From: Octopus bimaculoides
Taxonomy: Eukaryota
Direction: 5' to 3'
Assembly: GCF_001194135.2 (NCBI RefSeq)
Contig: NC_068982.1
Span: 36,345,248-36,409,247, forward strand
DNA: 64,000 bases
The position numbers and the translations under genes were made by a program. This document shows, piece by piece, positions 1-12,785 of this stretch (the first letter of the stretch is position 1; every line of letters begins with the position of its first letter). The notes below the pieces were generated by a model. The model made no database searches, was not told the origin of the DNA, and saw only the letters and a list, made by a program, of their open reading frames with translations.

Positions 1-9
1 AAGCTATCA

Positions 10-788
10 ACTACTTATTGCCACTGTGCATCTACCACACACGAAAGCTATCTTCCCAGTTAATCTTCTTTGATGTTGCTGCACCTCTTATGCATCCATA
101 GCTTACACTGGGTACATCTTACGGAGTTTCTACCTACACCTTTTCTACAGATCGAGCAGGGCCCATTTACCTGAAGTGGGGGGGGGGGTGATGTGTTCAC
201 CTTCCTACTTACTAGGATTTTGGTTTTTGCAACATTGACTCTAAGGCCCTTCGATTCTAAACCTTGCTTCCACACTGAAATTTCTTCTCTAGTTCTGATA
301 GTGATTCTGCTATGAGGGCTAGATCATCAGCATAGAGGAGCTCTCAGGAGCAATTCCTCTGTTATTGCTTGGAGGACTATGATGAATAAGAGGGGGCTGA
401 GGGCTGATCCTTGGTGGACCCCTACTTCTACCTGGAATTCTTCACTATACTCATTGCCAAAGCCTAATCTTACTAACGGCATCTCTGTATAGGGCCTGTA
501 CAGCTCTTATTAACCATTTGTCAATCCCTAGTTTCTGTATCGCCCACCAGATAAGGGATTGAGGGACTCTGTCAAAGGCTTTCTCCAAGTCCACAAAAGC
601 CAAGTATAAGGATTTATCTTTGGCTAGGTATTTCTCCTGCAGTTGCCGTACCAGGAATATAGCATCAGTGGTGCTTCTACCTGGCACAAAACTGAACTGC
701 ATCTCATCTAAGCAGACTCTCTCTCTAATTAGTTGGGCTATGACCCTCTCCGTGACTTTCATCACCTGATCCAGCAGTTTGATACCCA
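10..788 (-). mobile_element. RTE-clade LINE reverse-transcriptase fragment (frameshifted)
   Basis: Minus-strand translation gives KLLDQVMKVTERVIAQLIRERVCLDEMQFSFVPGRSTTDAIFLVRQLQEKYL..AFVDLEKAFDRVP, HQGSALSPLLF, LLYADDL (YADD at 323-334) and GLRVNVAKTK. Confidence 0.93.
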
Positions 789-833
789 TATATATATATA
801 TATNNNNNNNNNNTATATATGTATATATATATG

Positions 834-849
<16 letters not shown>

Positions 850-866
<17 letters not shown>

Positions 867-1070
867 CCATGTATGTGTGTCTGTGTTTGTCCCCACCACC
901 GTTTGACAACTGGTGTCCCCATAACTTAGCAATTTGGCAAAAGAGATCAATAGAGTAAGTACCAGGCTTAAAAAAAAAAAGTACTGGGGTCAATACATCC
1001 AACTATAAATTCTTCAAGGCGGTATCCCAGCATGGCCATTGTCTAATGACTGAAACAAGATCATATCAAA
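850..1070 (+). mobile_element. 3' half of the microsatellite-containing SINE (family B)
   Basis: gtgtctgtgtttgtcccc...gcaaaagagatcaatagagtaagtaccaggctt...cagcatggcc...tgactgaaacaag; the same module recurs at 21480-21700, 25480-25720, 44390-44625 and 61030-61250. Confidence 0.75.
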
Positions 1071-1577
1071 GTAATATCTAATTTCAGTCAAAACAATGAC
1101 AAAATGTGCCAACTTATTGTTGTTATTGTGGTAAACATATATGCATGTAATTAAATGCCCTTGACATTTGGTTATATTATTTGAACCAATAATAAACAAA
1201 CTTGTTCGAATAAACAATGTTTTCACTGTTTAACAAGTTCCAGTTTTCCTTTGCTGAACATATTTAGTACATCCATACAATCTAAATAAGTGAAGTAAGT
1301 TATAAATAAAAGCTATAATAGATCATTGAATCATAAAATATCACTTCTAAATCTTTTAGATTTGTGGAAAATTTGATTTATGCAATGGCTTTTAGAACAT
1401 AACTCCAAAATAAACATCCATCTTATACAAGATTGGAAGTTAACTTGGAATAATCTAAATGTAAAAAAATTGTCTTGAAACAAAAAAAACAAAAAAACCC
1501 TGAGGTATTTAAGTACTTTTATCATTATTATCTTCCTGTCGAGATGTATTTTTAATACTTTGTACGTGCCATCATCA

Positions 1578-1615
<38 letters not shown>

Positions 1616-1932
1616 CAAAGACAGTACTTTTAAAAGGGTGATAGAAGTCAGAATAAAGGATGAAGTTTGACACAATTCTCATCCTGTTGAGGTTCTTTCC
1701 AGGGACAATAATGCAGCTACCAATAATGTACAAAATATCTTTATGCCAAGTCAAAAGAATTAATAGGATCTAGTAAATTTCAAACTCTTCTTAAATTTTC
1801 CGACCTTCTACATAATTTGTAACTTGGTAAATTAATTGTTTCTTGAACATTATGACCTTATTGTAGGCTAATATGCAATATTTGTAATACAAGTTTTAAA
1901 AAATAAAGTAGGAAAGCAATGTTAGTCTAGAG

Positions 1933-2175
1933 CAGTGGTTCTCAACTGGGGTTCATGATTTTGGGAACCCATTTTAAGATTATGCTGTTAAAACTTATAT
2001 GTAATAAATTGGTTATAATTCTACAATACACCAAATATTTTTTATACAGTTCCTAATAGTATCTAATTAAAAAAATATAATTTGATATTTTAAACATGGA
2101 ATGGCTACAATGGTCCATCCAATTAAAGGAGGGATCAAAGGGGTCCACAAATAAAAAAATGGTTCAGAACCATTG
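1933..2175. mobile_element. hAT (Charlie-type) MITE
   Basis: TIRs cagtggttctcaac / ggttcagaaccattg. 8-bp TSD gtctagag (1925-1932) and ttctagag (2176-2183) fits the NTCTAGAN target of Charlie-type hATs. Confidence 0.8.
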
Positions 2176-3384
2176 TTCTAGAGCTAGGAGCAATTCTACT
2201 GGATTCTCCACAGAAACAGGGGAAAGAAATAAAATAATGCATATGATGGTTATTTGATCAACTATACTCTTTCCTTGCAAATTTGCAATCTTGAGCCAAT
2301 GTAAAGTTAGCAATTAAGAAACCTCTGTGCAGTGGTTCAATTTGTTAGAATTAGCAGCCAAATCTCATTTAAAGTTCATCAAACCATCCTAAGGAAAACG
2401 TGGACAGATATACTAGATAAATCAGTCCTGAATATAATATGCCACAAAAGAAGACAGCATGATCTTGGTTTGAATATTGAGTGAATGATGAAAATTTGGC
2501 ACACAAAAACATCAGTTCCAACTTCTCATGTGGACCAGCTTGGAAAGGATGACTGCATGAAATAAACATTAAAACTTCTAAAAAGCTAAATGTTCTATTA
2601 AGTGCAGAGAAACAGCAAAATAACTTCAGATTCTTCAGCTGTAGCTACACCAGAACCTATAGGATAAAGTAAAAGAACGTGTACATAACTAGAATGTCAC
2701 ACAGCACCCTTTGTAGTTCATTACTGCATGTGAGAGTGTGCAGTATAGTCCTTAACTTATTGGAGGCACAACATATCTGGAACAATAAATCTGTGGGTCT
2801 TGCTTAGTTGTTTGGTTCAGCAAACTGTTAGAATACTATAGGACTGCTTCATCAGAACAGACCTGGGACTACACAGCAACATTTTAGGCTAGCAAGAATG
2901 TCTATAATTGTTTCAAAAACACAGACCCACCCAAACTATAGGATTACAAAGAAGTAACAGTATAAAAAGTTACCAATTGTCATAAGTGAGAAAATAAAAG
3001 GCAAAAAGTAAAAACAATATATAACCTTGTCATAGAAATTGCATTCATAAAGAGCTATTTGCATGTCAAAAGCTGGTATATTGATTTTCCTCACACATTA
3101 ATTACTATAATTATAAATAGGGTGGCTTACAAAAACATGACGGAAATGAAAACAACAACTAAATACAATAAAAATTTCAGTTGAAATTAATTAGAAGCAG
3201 TGATTTAGTCAGGTAGTCATGGTAATGTGGGCTGCAATACTCAAGATGATGCTGATGGAATTGCACAACACTTTTAGATTTGATGAACACTGTGATATAA
3301 AATATCAGGATAAAACTGAAATCTAATTTAAAATATTTATCTATTTAAATGTGTTAAAGTTATTCCTGAAAGTGTGTGTGTGTG

Positions 3385-3416
<32 letters not shown>

Positions 3417-5538
3417 TGTGTAACAGAAATCTTCAAAATAGTAAATCACTAGGTACATTTCTATGTACTGATTCAAGAGAGTAAAGTTTTTCTCTTGCTT
3501 TCTCAAAAGACACATGTTGATTTGAACCTAATGAAATAAGTTCATGAAATAATCACCAACCACGGATATTTCAACTGTTTATAGTGAATAGCACATCCTC
3601 ATTTTCAACCAGGTATACTGGATCATTAAAAATTACATTTGCATGAGGCAAATATTTAAAGCTTGTCAACTTTTTGGAGCTCAGATAAAATCTTCATATC
3701 ATGTTACATATCCATCAAATTAATTCTGTATTCTTCAAGGATTGCCAAGTAACTTAAAAACTAACTCAGAGAATACTTTTAAAAAATGGCAAACAATCCT
3801 CAGAAAATATCTGATTAAATCTCAGAAGTTTGCATGATTAAACAGACCATCAAAGCAAAAACATGAAAATAGCTAATCATTTCTTTTAAAACCTTTGGAA
3901 CACCAAAACCCAATGAAAATAATTGATCATAATTAAAAAAATAAATAAAATTCTAATCAGTTCAGATCAACTGAAAAGAACATAAACAAAAGGTGCAGTG
4001 GAATAATGGCAGACTGATAGAGAACCAGGACTTCAGTTTGGTACATGCACTCCTTCCTTTAGTATCAAAGCATAAAATGAAGTCCATGAACTGCTTGAAT
4101 ATCTCTCTGGATGTAGCTGATAGTTTATCTTGGTGATTTAATTAACTTTTATAACTGTATGAAGCATATGCCAATCGAAGACTGTTGAGCCTCACAGATG
4201 AGATGATGAAAAATCAAAACAAATGGCAATACGCTGTGTTGCTGTACATTACACACATGACAGTATGGAAGATGTATGTTAAAAACATTTTTATGTGAGT
4301 GTATATTTCTTGATATGAAAATATAACAATGATGGAAATGTTAGTGTCAGGTTATTCTTGATTAAGAAGATCTGTGATTAAAAGCATTCCAGACATGATC
4401 ATATCAATTCTTACTTTTTCAAGCAAAGTGCACCCCAGACTTCTTTGTTCAATGTTTCATTTTTTAAAAGACAGTGAGGTTTAAGGCATGTTTGAATTAT
4501 TTCTTACAAGTTAATCAACCATGCAGAGGCTTTCTCATTGGTTTCAGAAATATGTTTTTATGTATAGCAACTAGAATGTTATGCTTGATGCCTTTGTTAC
4601 TGTACATACACTTTAAAGGCATGTATACATTTCAAATAATGAAAGATTGACAAGAGAAGAAAGCTTGATTTAGTAAATAAAATCTAACCTAGATAACTCC
4701 AAATAGATCAAAATATCAGATAACAATTTTTCTCTAGAACTTCAGAAACTGATTAGCTCCACAAATGCAATTATATACTTAAGCTTTTATTTAGCGAGGA
4801 CACACACACGACAATAACAAAACTTAACTGAGAAACAGAACAGTAATAATTTTTGATAGCAGTGATTAAGTGATTGATGAAAGGTGTAAGTTAAAAGAAA
4901 AGTATCGGAAAAAAAAAAAAGATAGAGAAAAATGTTATTTCAATATGTAAGAGAAAGTTTGTGATGAAGGACACCATATTGAATATGAATATCAATAGAT
5001 TTTGTTTCAGAGTAGAAAAAAAAAAAAAGATCAAGTTGCTGCTTGGCAACAAGTTTCTGAATTTTCCAATAATGGGAAAAATTAAGACAATAAGAAAAAG
5101 AGAATGGAAGGGTGGTGGAAATCAATAAATCTTTTAAACCTAAAATCTCAAATAATATGATTTAAAAAAAAAAAAAAAAAAAAGAATATACTTGCTGACT
5201 GGCTTTATCACTCCACCACTCAGGCAGCCCTGACCCACTCATCTCTCTTGTATTGTTCACTCACCCCTCCCCAGTCCTGCACTAATTCTTAATCTCAGTC
5301 CTTCTTCCTCAGGATATCAGCCCTTTGCAATTTTCCCTGCTCATGTCTTTGCTGCAAGTATTGACCTGCAACAGTTTAAGTGGATCATTAACTGTATCAT
5401 GTTTACTGGTCTCAGAGGGCTTGAGCATTACCACTTACCCAAGACTCATCTTGAAAAAAAAAGAAACATTAACATTGGTAACTAAACCTGGTCATTTATG
5501 CTGGCATTGTTGTTTAAGTATGGTTACCCATACTGATA

Positions 5539-5917
5539 GTGGAAGCACAATGGCCCAGTGGTTAGGGCAGCTGACTCGCAGTCATAGGATCATGGTTTCG
5601 ATTCCCAGACCTGGCGTTGTGAGTGTTTATTGAGCGAAAACACCTAAGGCTCCACGAGGCTCCGGCAGGGGATGGTGGCGAACCCTGCTGTACTCTTTCA
5701 CCACAACTTTCTCTCACTCTTACTTCCTGTTTCTGTTGTGCCTGTAATTCAAAGGGTCAGCCTTGTCACACTGCGTCACGCTGAATCTCCCCGAGAACTA
5801 TGTTAAGGGTACACGTGTCTGTGGAGTGCTCAACCACTTGCACGTTAATTTCACGAGCAGGCTGTTCCGTTGATCGGATCTACTGAAACCCTCGACGTCG
5901 TAAGCGATGGAGTGCCA
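5539..5917 (+). mobile_element. Full-length tRNA-derived SINE (family C) with intact TSD
   Basis: A-box tggcccagtgg and B-box ggtttcgattcc in the head; perfect 13-bp TSD acccatactgata at 5526-5538 and 5918-5930; CpGs retained. Confidence 0.88.
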
Positions 5918-7829
5918 ACCCATACTGATAACACCAACTTAGATCAGTCCTATCCAATCTGAAAACACTTCTGTTAATGTAGCACCTCGGACCTCAACAT
6001 TATGTATCTTTCAGCTTGGATACTTAACCAACAATAAATCAGCCAGCACTATTATTTGCTAACAGTTAGAGAATTAAATATCATTTTAACTTTAACTCTT
6101 ACTTCAAACTGGAGTCAATTTATCATACTCCTTCCAACTAATACTTCTACAGAAGAAAAAGTTAATATTTTTTGCTTTTTTCAGTTACACCAAAACCTTC
6201 CTAAGTAATCTTCTGATCCACTTCTCCTCTGTTAGTATTAAATGTATTATGCATTTAACTTCTCAGAAATGCAGCAGTTTATTACTTATAACAGTATTTA
6301 AAAAAATGTAATTTGTTAATTTTAATTATCAATAATTTGTTCAATTTTCAAGAAAAAATGTAACAATTTCAAGAACACTTTTTTAAAAGCAACAAATGTT
6401 AACTTTTCTTCCATAGAAGATTAGGTTTAATTTAACTAAGCCTAATCAACAATTTAAAATAATTAGCTTATTAAAATGCTTCTTAAGGAATCCCGTTTTC
6501 ACCCAGATTATTCTTTTCAAAACCTGCTTCTTACCAAGCTAGAAATATAACCTTTAAACAATTTCATATAAAAGTCAAACATTTCAAATATAACCAGTTC
6601 GTTTATATAAACTGCAGGAATACAATACAGTGCTGCTTCAAGAAATATCAAATAAACAACGAGATTTATTGAATTGAGAAAAATCTGAGCTATATAGCCA
6701 AAGGTAATATCAGCCATAGTTTAGCTATTTCAATTGTAGTTGCTATAAAGTAGGCATTTTTTTCAAAGCAAAACTAAAATACACTGATATATGCTTTAAA
6801 TATAGAAGTTAATATACTTTAATGCTTCCTGCATAGGATTTATAGTGATGGAGAAATGAAGAAAGAAAATTGAAATGATAATAACAATAGTAATGCACAA
6901 CCTCATAATCATGAATGAGAAACTAATATTAAGTAGGATAGTTATTACAGAAGTAATATAGACTAATGTAAGAGGCATTCCAAAAGAGTCAATATAAATG
7001 TAAAAAATATATTCAATTAGTTGAATGTACTTTTAAGATTTTAAGCGCTGTACCCAAGATATCCCATGAAAAGTAATTGTGAAAGTCTTAGGAATTAAAA
7101 GGTTAAACAAATTTTTTATAGTATAGACTTGTAGGATTCCAATCATTGGTTCATTTTCAGTAGAAAGATTTAAATCATAAAAGAAAAAAAAAAAAGACTG
7201 GTAATTTCTATTAAAATTCTTTATCTGAGGATGTGGGACAGCATATGGCCCTTTTAAGTTCTACTAAAATGGAGAAAGATCAATGGGAGGTTGGTACAAT
7301 TTGTTTATTTTGAATTATTGTAGGGTAGTTGACAGAAGGAAACCAAGTGCAAGGTTCCAGATAAGAGAGAGAGAGAGGTTGGGTGTGAAAACGGATATAC
7401 ATTATGAAGGGATAGATGAATGGAAGGGAGGTTGATATAAAGTTAGAAAATCCAGAAAAGCAGAGGCAAGGGAGAACTGAGTTTAATATGAGACCAGTGG
7501 ATGTTTCCTTGTAGATTGTGTTTGAGGAGCAGATATTGTTTGAGGCAGGCAAGCAATAATGTTAGTGTATTGGTACCCAGTAAATAGTTATCAGCCATAC
7601 AGGGTTATTTGTTGGTGTTGAAGAAGTAACCAACATTACATCACAATTTTTGTGATATGTTGGTTACTGGGTCAAAATGAATACCCATGAGAAGTCGTAG
7701 GAAATAGTTAAACTTAAATATGCATCTGTGGAAAATATGATTTTAGGTGTAAATTTTTTCTTAAAGAAATGTACAGTGTCTGTAATGGTAATTTTTTTTA
7801 GAGCTTCAATCCTTAAGAGATATATATGA

Positions 7830-8850
7830 GAGTTCTACTGAAAGTAATGTAAAAGTGGGCATTGTTCAACTTGCACATATTGGCAGAGTAATCTTTCTTT
7901 AGAGTAACTCTTCTTCTTCGGAGGGATGCAGGCTGTCCAACATCCACAGAAGGCTACAGGTTGTCTATAGAGACGACTCCATTGACAAGAGCAATGTGCA
8001 CAGATGGATGAAAAAGTTTAAAAAAATAGAAACCAGCATTTACTCTATACTGTGAGAGCCCATCAATAGTGACCACAGGCATGAATCATCAGTGGACAAA
8101 ATGATTTGCATGGACAGACAAGTCATACTCTGTGAGCTTGCTGCATAACTGGACGGTAGTCACAATGCATTACAGAAGATGGCAGAAAACTTTGGTTATC
8201 ACGAAATACAAAGTGGATACCTTGGCAGCTGACACCCAATTGGAAGGAGAGAAGAGTGGAAGGGTAGAAGTCTGCTCTGATCAGTTGATAGCATTTGAAG
8301 CCAATGAAGACATTTTGTTTTTGATCTGGTTGTCACCAGGTAAAATTTGGCTGTAGCTTTATGATCTGGAAACAAAGGCTCAGTCCATGAAATGGTGTTA
8401 CTTCTCTTCTTTAAGGCCTAAAAAAATCAAGAGTTAGTGATTGGCATAGAAAGTCATGGTGCCTAGGATGACAAAGGCATTGTTCTTCTTGATTTTCTGC
8501 AACATTGCTGTACAATGAACAGCATGTAGTACATCGAGACACTCAAAAAGTTTAGAGAGGTCATTAGGAGGAAGGTAACAAGTTGGAATCTAAACACATC
8601 TTTGACAACAAATCAGGCAACTGGCAAATTATGGCTGATTGGTGGTCCTGTACAGCCTGGATTTGGTACTCTCTGACTCTTATCTGTTTGATCCAATGAA
8701 AGATAGTCTTCAAGAACAATAATTTGATGATACAGCTGCGAAGAAGTCAGTACAACATTGCACACCTGAATATTTGCAAAGAAGATTGGAGAGCTGGGCT
8801 AAATGATGGCATTAATGCATTGCTGGTGATAGAGACTATGTTGAGTTAGT
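7830..8850 (+). mobile_element. Decayed mariner (Tc1/mariner) transposase
   Basis: Fragments across frames: IHRRLQVVYRDDSIDKSNVHRWMKKFK (HTH), YDLETKAQSMKW, DDKGIVLLDFL, YSLDLVLSDSYLFDPMKDSL, CIAGDRDYVE; many stops and frameshifts. Confidence 0.85.
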
Positions 8851-11800
8851 ATCTTTGTATAGAAGGAGGATTACTTCACCGATAAATGTGATTTGAATGA
8901 CCTACATCAATTAATAAAAAATAATGCCCACTTTTGTATTATTTTTGGTAAGAACCATTGTACTTAATCCATAACAAATGAAGAATACTTTCAAAAGAGT
9001 TATCTGTGGGAAGCTTTTTCTGGACAGCTGTTTATGAAATGTGAATAATTTGCTGCTGCAAGATAAAATATTTTCTATTTCCTTATCTCAACTCTAACAC
9101 CAAATAAATTATTGAGATTCAATGATTCATTAGAGTTATTAACGTCATTCTATTCACACTTTCTAATTGAGATAAAAATGATAAATGAAACCTTACTAAG
9201 ATAAAACAGAAAATGAGAACTGTTACAATAAGTGAATATCCTATCTAGACATATTAGGAAAGAATGTCAAACCAACAATTTAAGATTTGAAAGTCATTAA
9301 GAAGCAATTTGAAAAAGTGTCAATGAGGTTAAGTTGGGAATTAGTCAACAATAAAAATACAATCCATGTAAATTAAACTAGATAACAAAATCTAGACCTG
9401 TACCTAGTCAGAAGACATCATTATTATTAATGTATGGTTGATGTTCTAAAGTTGGTTTAAGCAATGTTCAATAATAAACAACATGAAATTGTTTTAAAAA
9501 ATGTGTTAAGACCCTTTTCCCTTTGCAGCTGTGGTGTTTTATAAAGTTAGTTCTATTTTTTGTTACAGTACACAACTTATTTTCCATAATTAGTCAAGCC
9601 TGTCACTTGAAATAGAACAAATGAGTAGAGTTAACACAGAGGGTACATACGTAAAGATTAATACTTTTTCAGTTTGGAACCAATACACTGTGATACCTGC
9701 CAAAAAACGATAGTAGATAGAAAAAGGAAAAGATTTCTCTTATGGAATTAAACTTGTGCCTAGTTCGGAGGTATCAGTCTTTCCTCTCAAGAATTTCCTC
9801 CCAGCTCATGTCTTTCTTGTAAGGTATCAATTTGCAAATGAGAGCATTAAAGGCATAAGTTTCATCTGTTTCAGAGGGCCTACAAAGTCATGAGCATTGT
9901 CCCTTCAACAAGAACCAAGAAAGAAAAAGATGTGGAAAGCTTCTGTGTGGAAAACTCAACTTTCACAAGAGAAATTAGGAGTGTAAAAGTTAAAAATGGA
10001 CATGATGATGACAGCAATGATGTTCAGAAATGTAAAAAGTGGTTTAGATACTGGAGCACATAAGCTCAAAAGCATTTTTTAAAAATTATACAATAAACAA
10101 TGTATTATAAAACCTTAAAGCAAAGAATAATTCTCTAATGGCTTCAGAAATCTGCTTAATTGAAAAGTAAGAAGTTTTCTAGCCTCACATATAAAAGATT
10201 ACTGTAAAAAGGGGTAAAAAAACATTTGCTCCAACAATTTGCATAAAATGTTCAAGTTTGCAAAACCTTGCTAAGAGGGGGGGAAAATCATAACAGAAAA
10301 TATGTAAATTTATAGATAGAATTGTATCAAACAATTTATTAAAACGTGAAAGTGCAAAAGAAAACTAAGTGGTCTGTTTAGATTTATTTCCATGCCATAT
10401 TTTTTTGCTATATCTTATAAATTAAGGCCTTTATTAATTTTTGATTTAATGCCATAGTGTGATGATAAGAATTAAGTGATATTGATGGATTTTAGATCAT
10501 TTCTCCAGTATTCATTGTGATATAAGTCTTATTCTAATCAGCTTATGAAAATATAGACAACAGGAATTATTTGTCAAAAGGCCTCAAGCTACAGTGTTCT
10601 ATAATCAAATACAACAGTTTGTAGTCATATAAATGATTTGGTCTTGGCATTTCATTCAGAAATTTTGAAAACATCTGCACAAACAACCATAAATCAAAAC
10701 TAGGACAAATGTTAACAAATATTTAAGATTACTGATAAGAGCAAACAAAATTTCATTGATATAAACAAACAGTCTACTTTACAAATAACTTAAGTGGTAT
10801 AATGAATTCAGACAAAAACATTTTTACTAAAGGGAGACAGGTACTGAAATTGAGAGAGTACTTGTCTGCCCAGTGGTTCCCAGAGAGGTGGAAAAAATTA
10901 TGCAGAGAGTAGTGAACAATGCATTTATTTTAGGTCTATTATATAATGGTAAAAGTTATGGACAATAAGTATTAAAGTGTTTTAGGTGAATGTTCAGCAA
11001 AAAGGGTTAGTCTAGCCAATAACTAAATAAATTTGATCAGTAAAAGAGAATTACAACAACCAAAATATTAATTTCTTAGAGCACTGTAAGACTTGCAAGG
11101 CAGAAAATTGACAGATTCATTAGAGCATCAGATAAAATGGCTTGCAATATCTGTTTTGGCTCTTTGTGGCCTGAGATCAAACCTGGCTGTGGTCAACTTT
11201 GTATTTCATTGCACTGGATATTGATAAACTGAGATCAGTGGATTGGCAGAATTGTTAGAGCATTGAACAAGATATCTTTACAGTATCTATTCCGCTAATT
11301 TTTTTTTTTTTTTTTTTTTTTTAGTTCAAATTCTACGTAGAAGCCAGCATTAATCACCCAACCACAAGAGCATCCCATCCAACCCACAATTGGCCAACAT
11401 AGACAGGCACATCTACAACCAGCATAGCTGAGAACAAGTGATGGCATGTTGAAACTTTCATCCAGCAACACACTGACAAAAGTTGAATGGAACTGACCTG
11501 CCACACAAATAATATAGAAAAGATAAACAAAACACCAGATAGAAAATATGAATCACTATAGTTAAGCATGGGAAAATATTCCAAAACCTTTTTAAATGAT
11601 AATTAAGCTGCAGGAAATGAAATTCGTTCTTCAGTATATTAATACACACAAACACAAATTTACTTTATCATCTCTCTTTTCACTAGAGATTACACTCAGC
11701 AACCAATTATCTCTATATTTCCCCATTTTACATAACTCTTTCAATTTTAAGCCACCGAGGGAGCTTCAACACAACTAGTTCTGAAACAATGCACAGGTAT

Positions 11801-12586
11801 CCAGGTGCACTACCAATTTTTATAATTTAAAGCTTTAAAAATCCACTCTAATATATGAACACTTTGAAAACTATTGTTCATAATTTTGTTATATACAAGT
11901 ATGATTAACAAAAGAAAGCAAACAATCAGTTTTTAAATATATTTTTAAAAAATGTAACTTTAAAATAATTTTTGAAACTTTCCAAACAATATGTGATCTT
12001 CAGTTCAACACAAACTCAAAAGGATTGAGAACTGCTGCTCTGTAGTCTTTCTACCTGCTTGAAATATTGATAAAATCTTTTTTATACCACACCTTACCTT
12101 TCTTAAAGTTAGGTGACATAGGATAATATGGAAGATACATGATGGAACATATTTGATTATCTGTCTGCTGGATCAAGATTAATTTGGGGCTATACAAAAC
12201 AACTTTTAAACATTCCAAACTCAAAAGTGTGCCAATAGTTGTTTCTGACTATTGCAAGATAATAAAACAATGTTGTTGGGTTGAGAACCAAACATGTCCT
12301 TTGTTTGTGATGTCACAAATTTCAAAATCTACTTCAGACACTGAAGACTCCAAAATTTAGTCTACTGCAAATTCTTTTTAAAACTATAAAATGATTCAAC
12401 AACAACAGGTTGCATAGGACTTGTGCCTCTTATCAGATGGAGAAGAAGCTATCAATAAATTTCATATTTAATTTCAATGATAGGGCATGATCCCAAAATC
12501 AACAGCATATAGTAAACTTTTTATACTTAAAAATCAATTTTCTTATTTCATGCGAGTGTCATGTAAAAATATCCATGCCAGTGCAA

Positions 12587-12609
<23 letters not shown>

Positions 12610-12617
<8 letters not shown>

Positions 12618-12785
12618 CCAGCACACTCTGTAAAGTGGCTGGTGTTAGAAAGGGTATTCAGTCATAAAAACCATGCCAAAGCAGACTGGTACCTGGTGCA
12701 GCCCTCCAGCTTTCCAGCCCTGGTCAAACTGTTCAACCCATGCCAGCACGGAAAACTGACATTAAATGACGATGAAGACTTAAAA
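12610..12785 (+). mobile_element. RTE LINE 3'-end fragment
   Basis: cactctgtaaagtggctggtgttagaaagggtattcag...ccatgccagcacggaaaactgacattaaatgacgatga matches the RTE 3' UTR seen attached to ORF2 ends at 20150 and 34950. Confidence 0.7.

Noticed and set aside
451-1002. 183-aa ORF joining a novel N-terminus to an RT domain
   Set aside because: Artefact: it reads through a SINE half, an (AT)n tract and an N gap before entering the RTE fragment.
4120-4145. NHQ codons on the minus strand as a candidate AGPAT exon 2
   Set aside because: In-frame TAA two codons upstream, followed by DKLSATS rather than SSLD.
5480-5970. Possible 5S rRNA-derived sequence around the SINE insertion site
   Set aside because: Only scattered short word matches to 5S; too weak to call without an alignment.
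7280-7700. Possible Penelope GIY-YIG remnant (NNICSSNTIYK)
   Set aside because: Single short motif-like match with no supporting RT or endonuclease residues.
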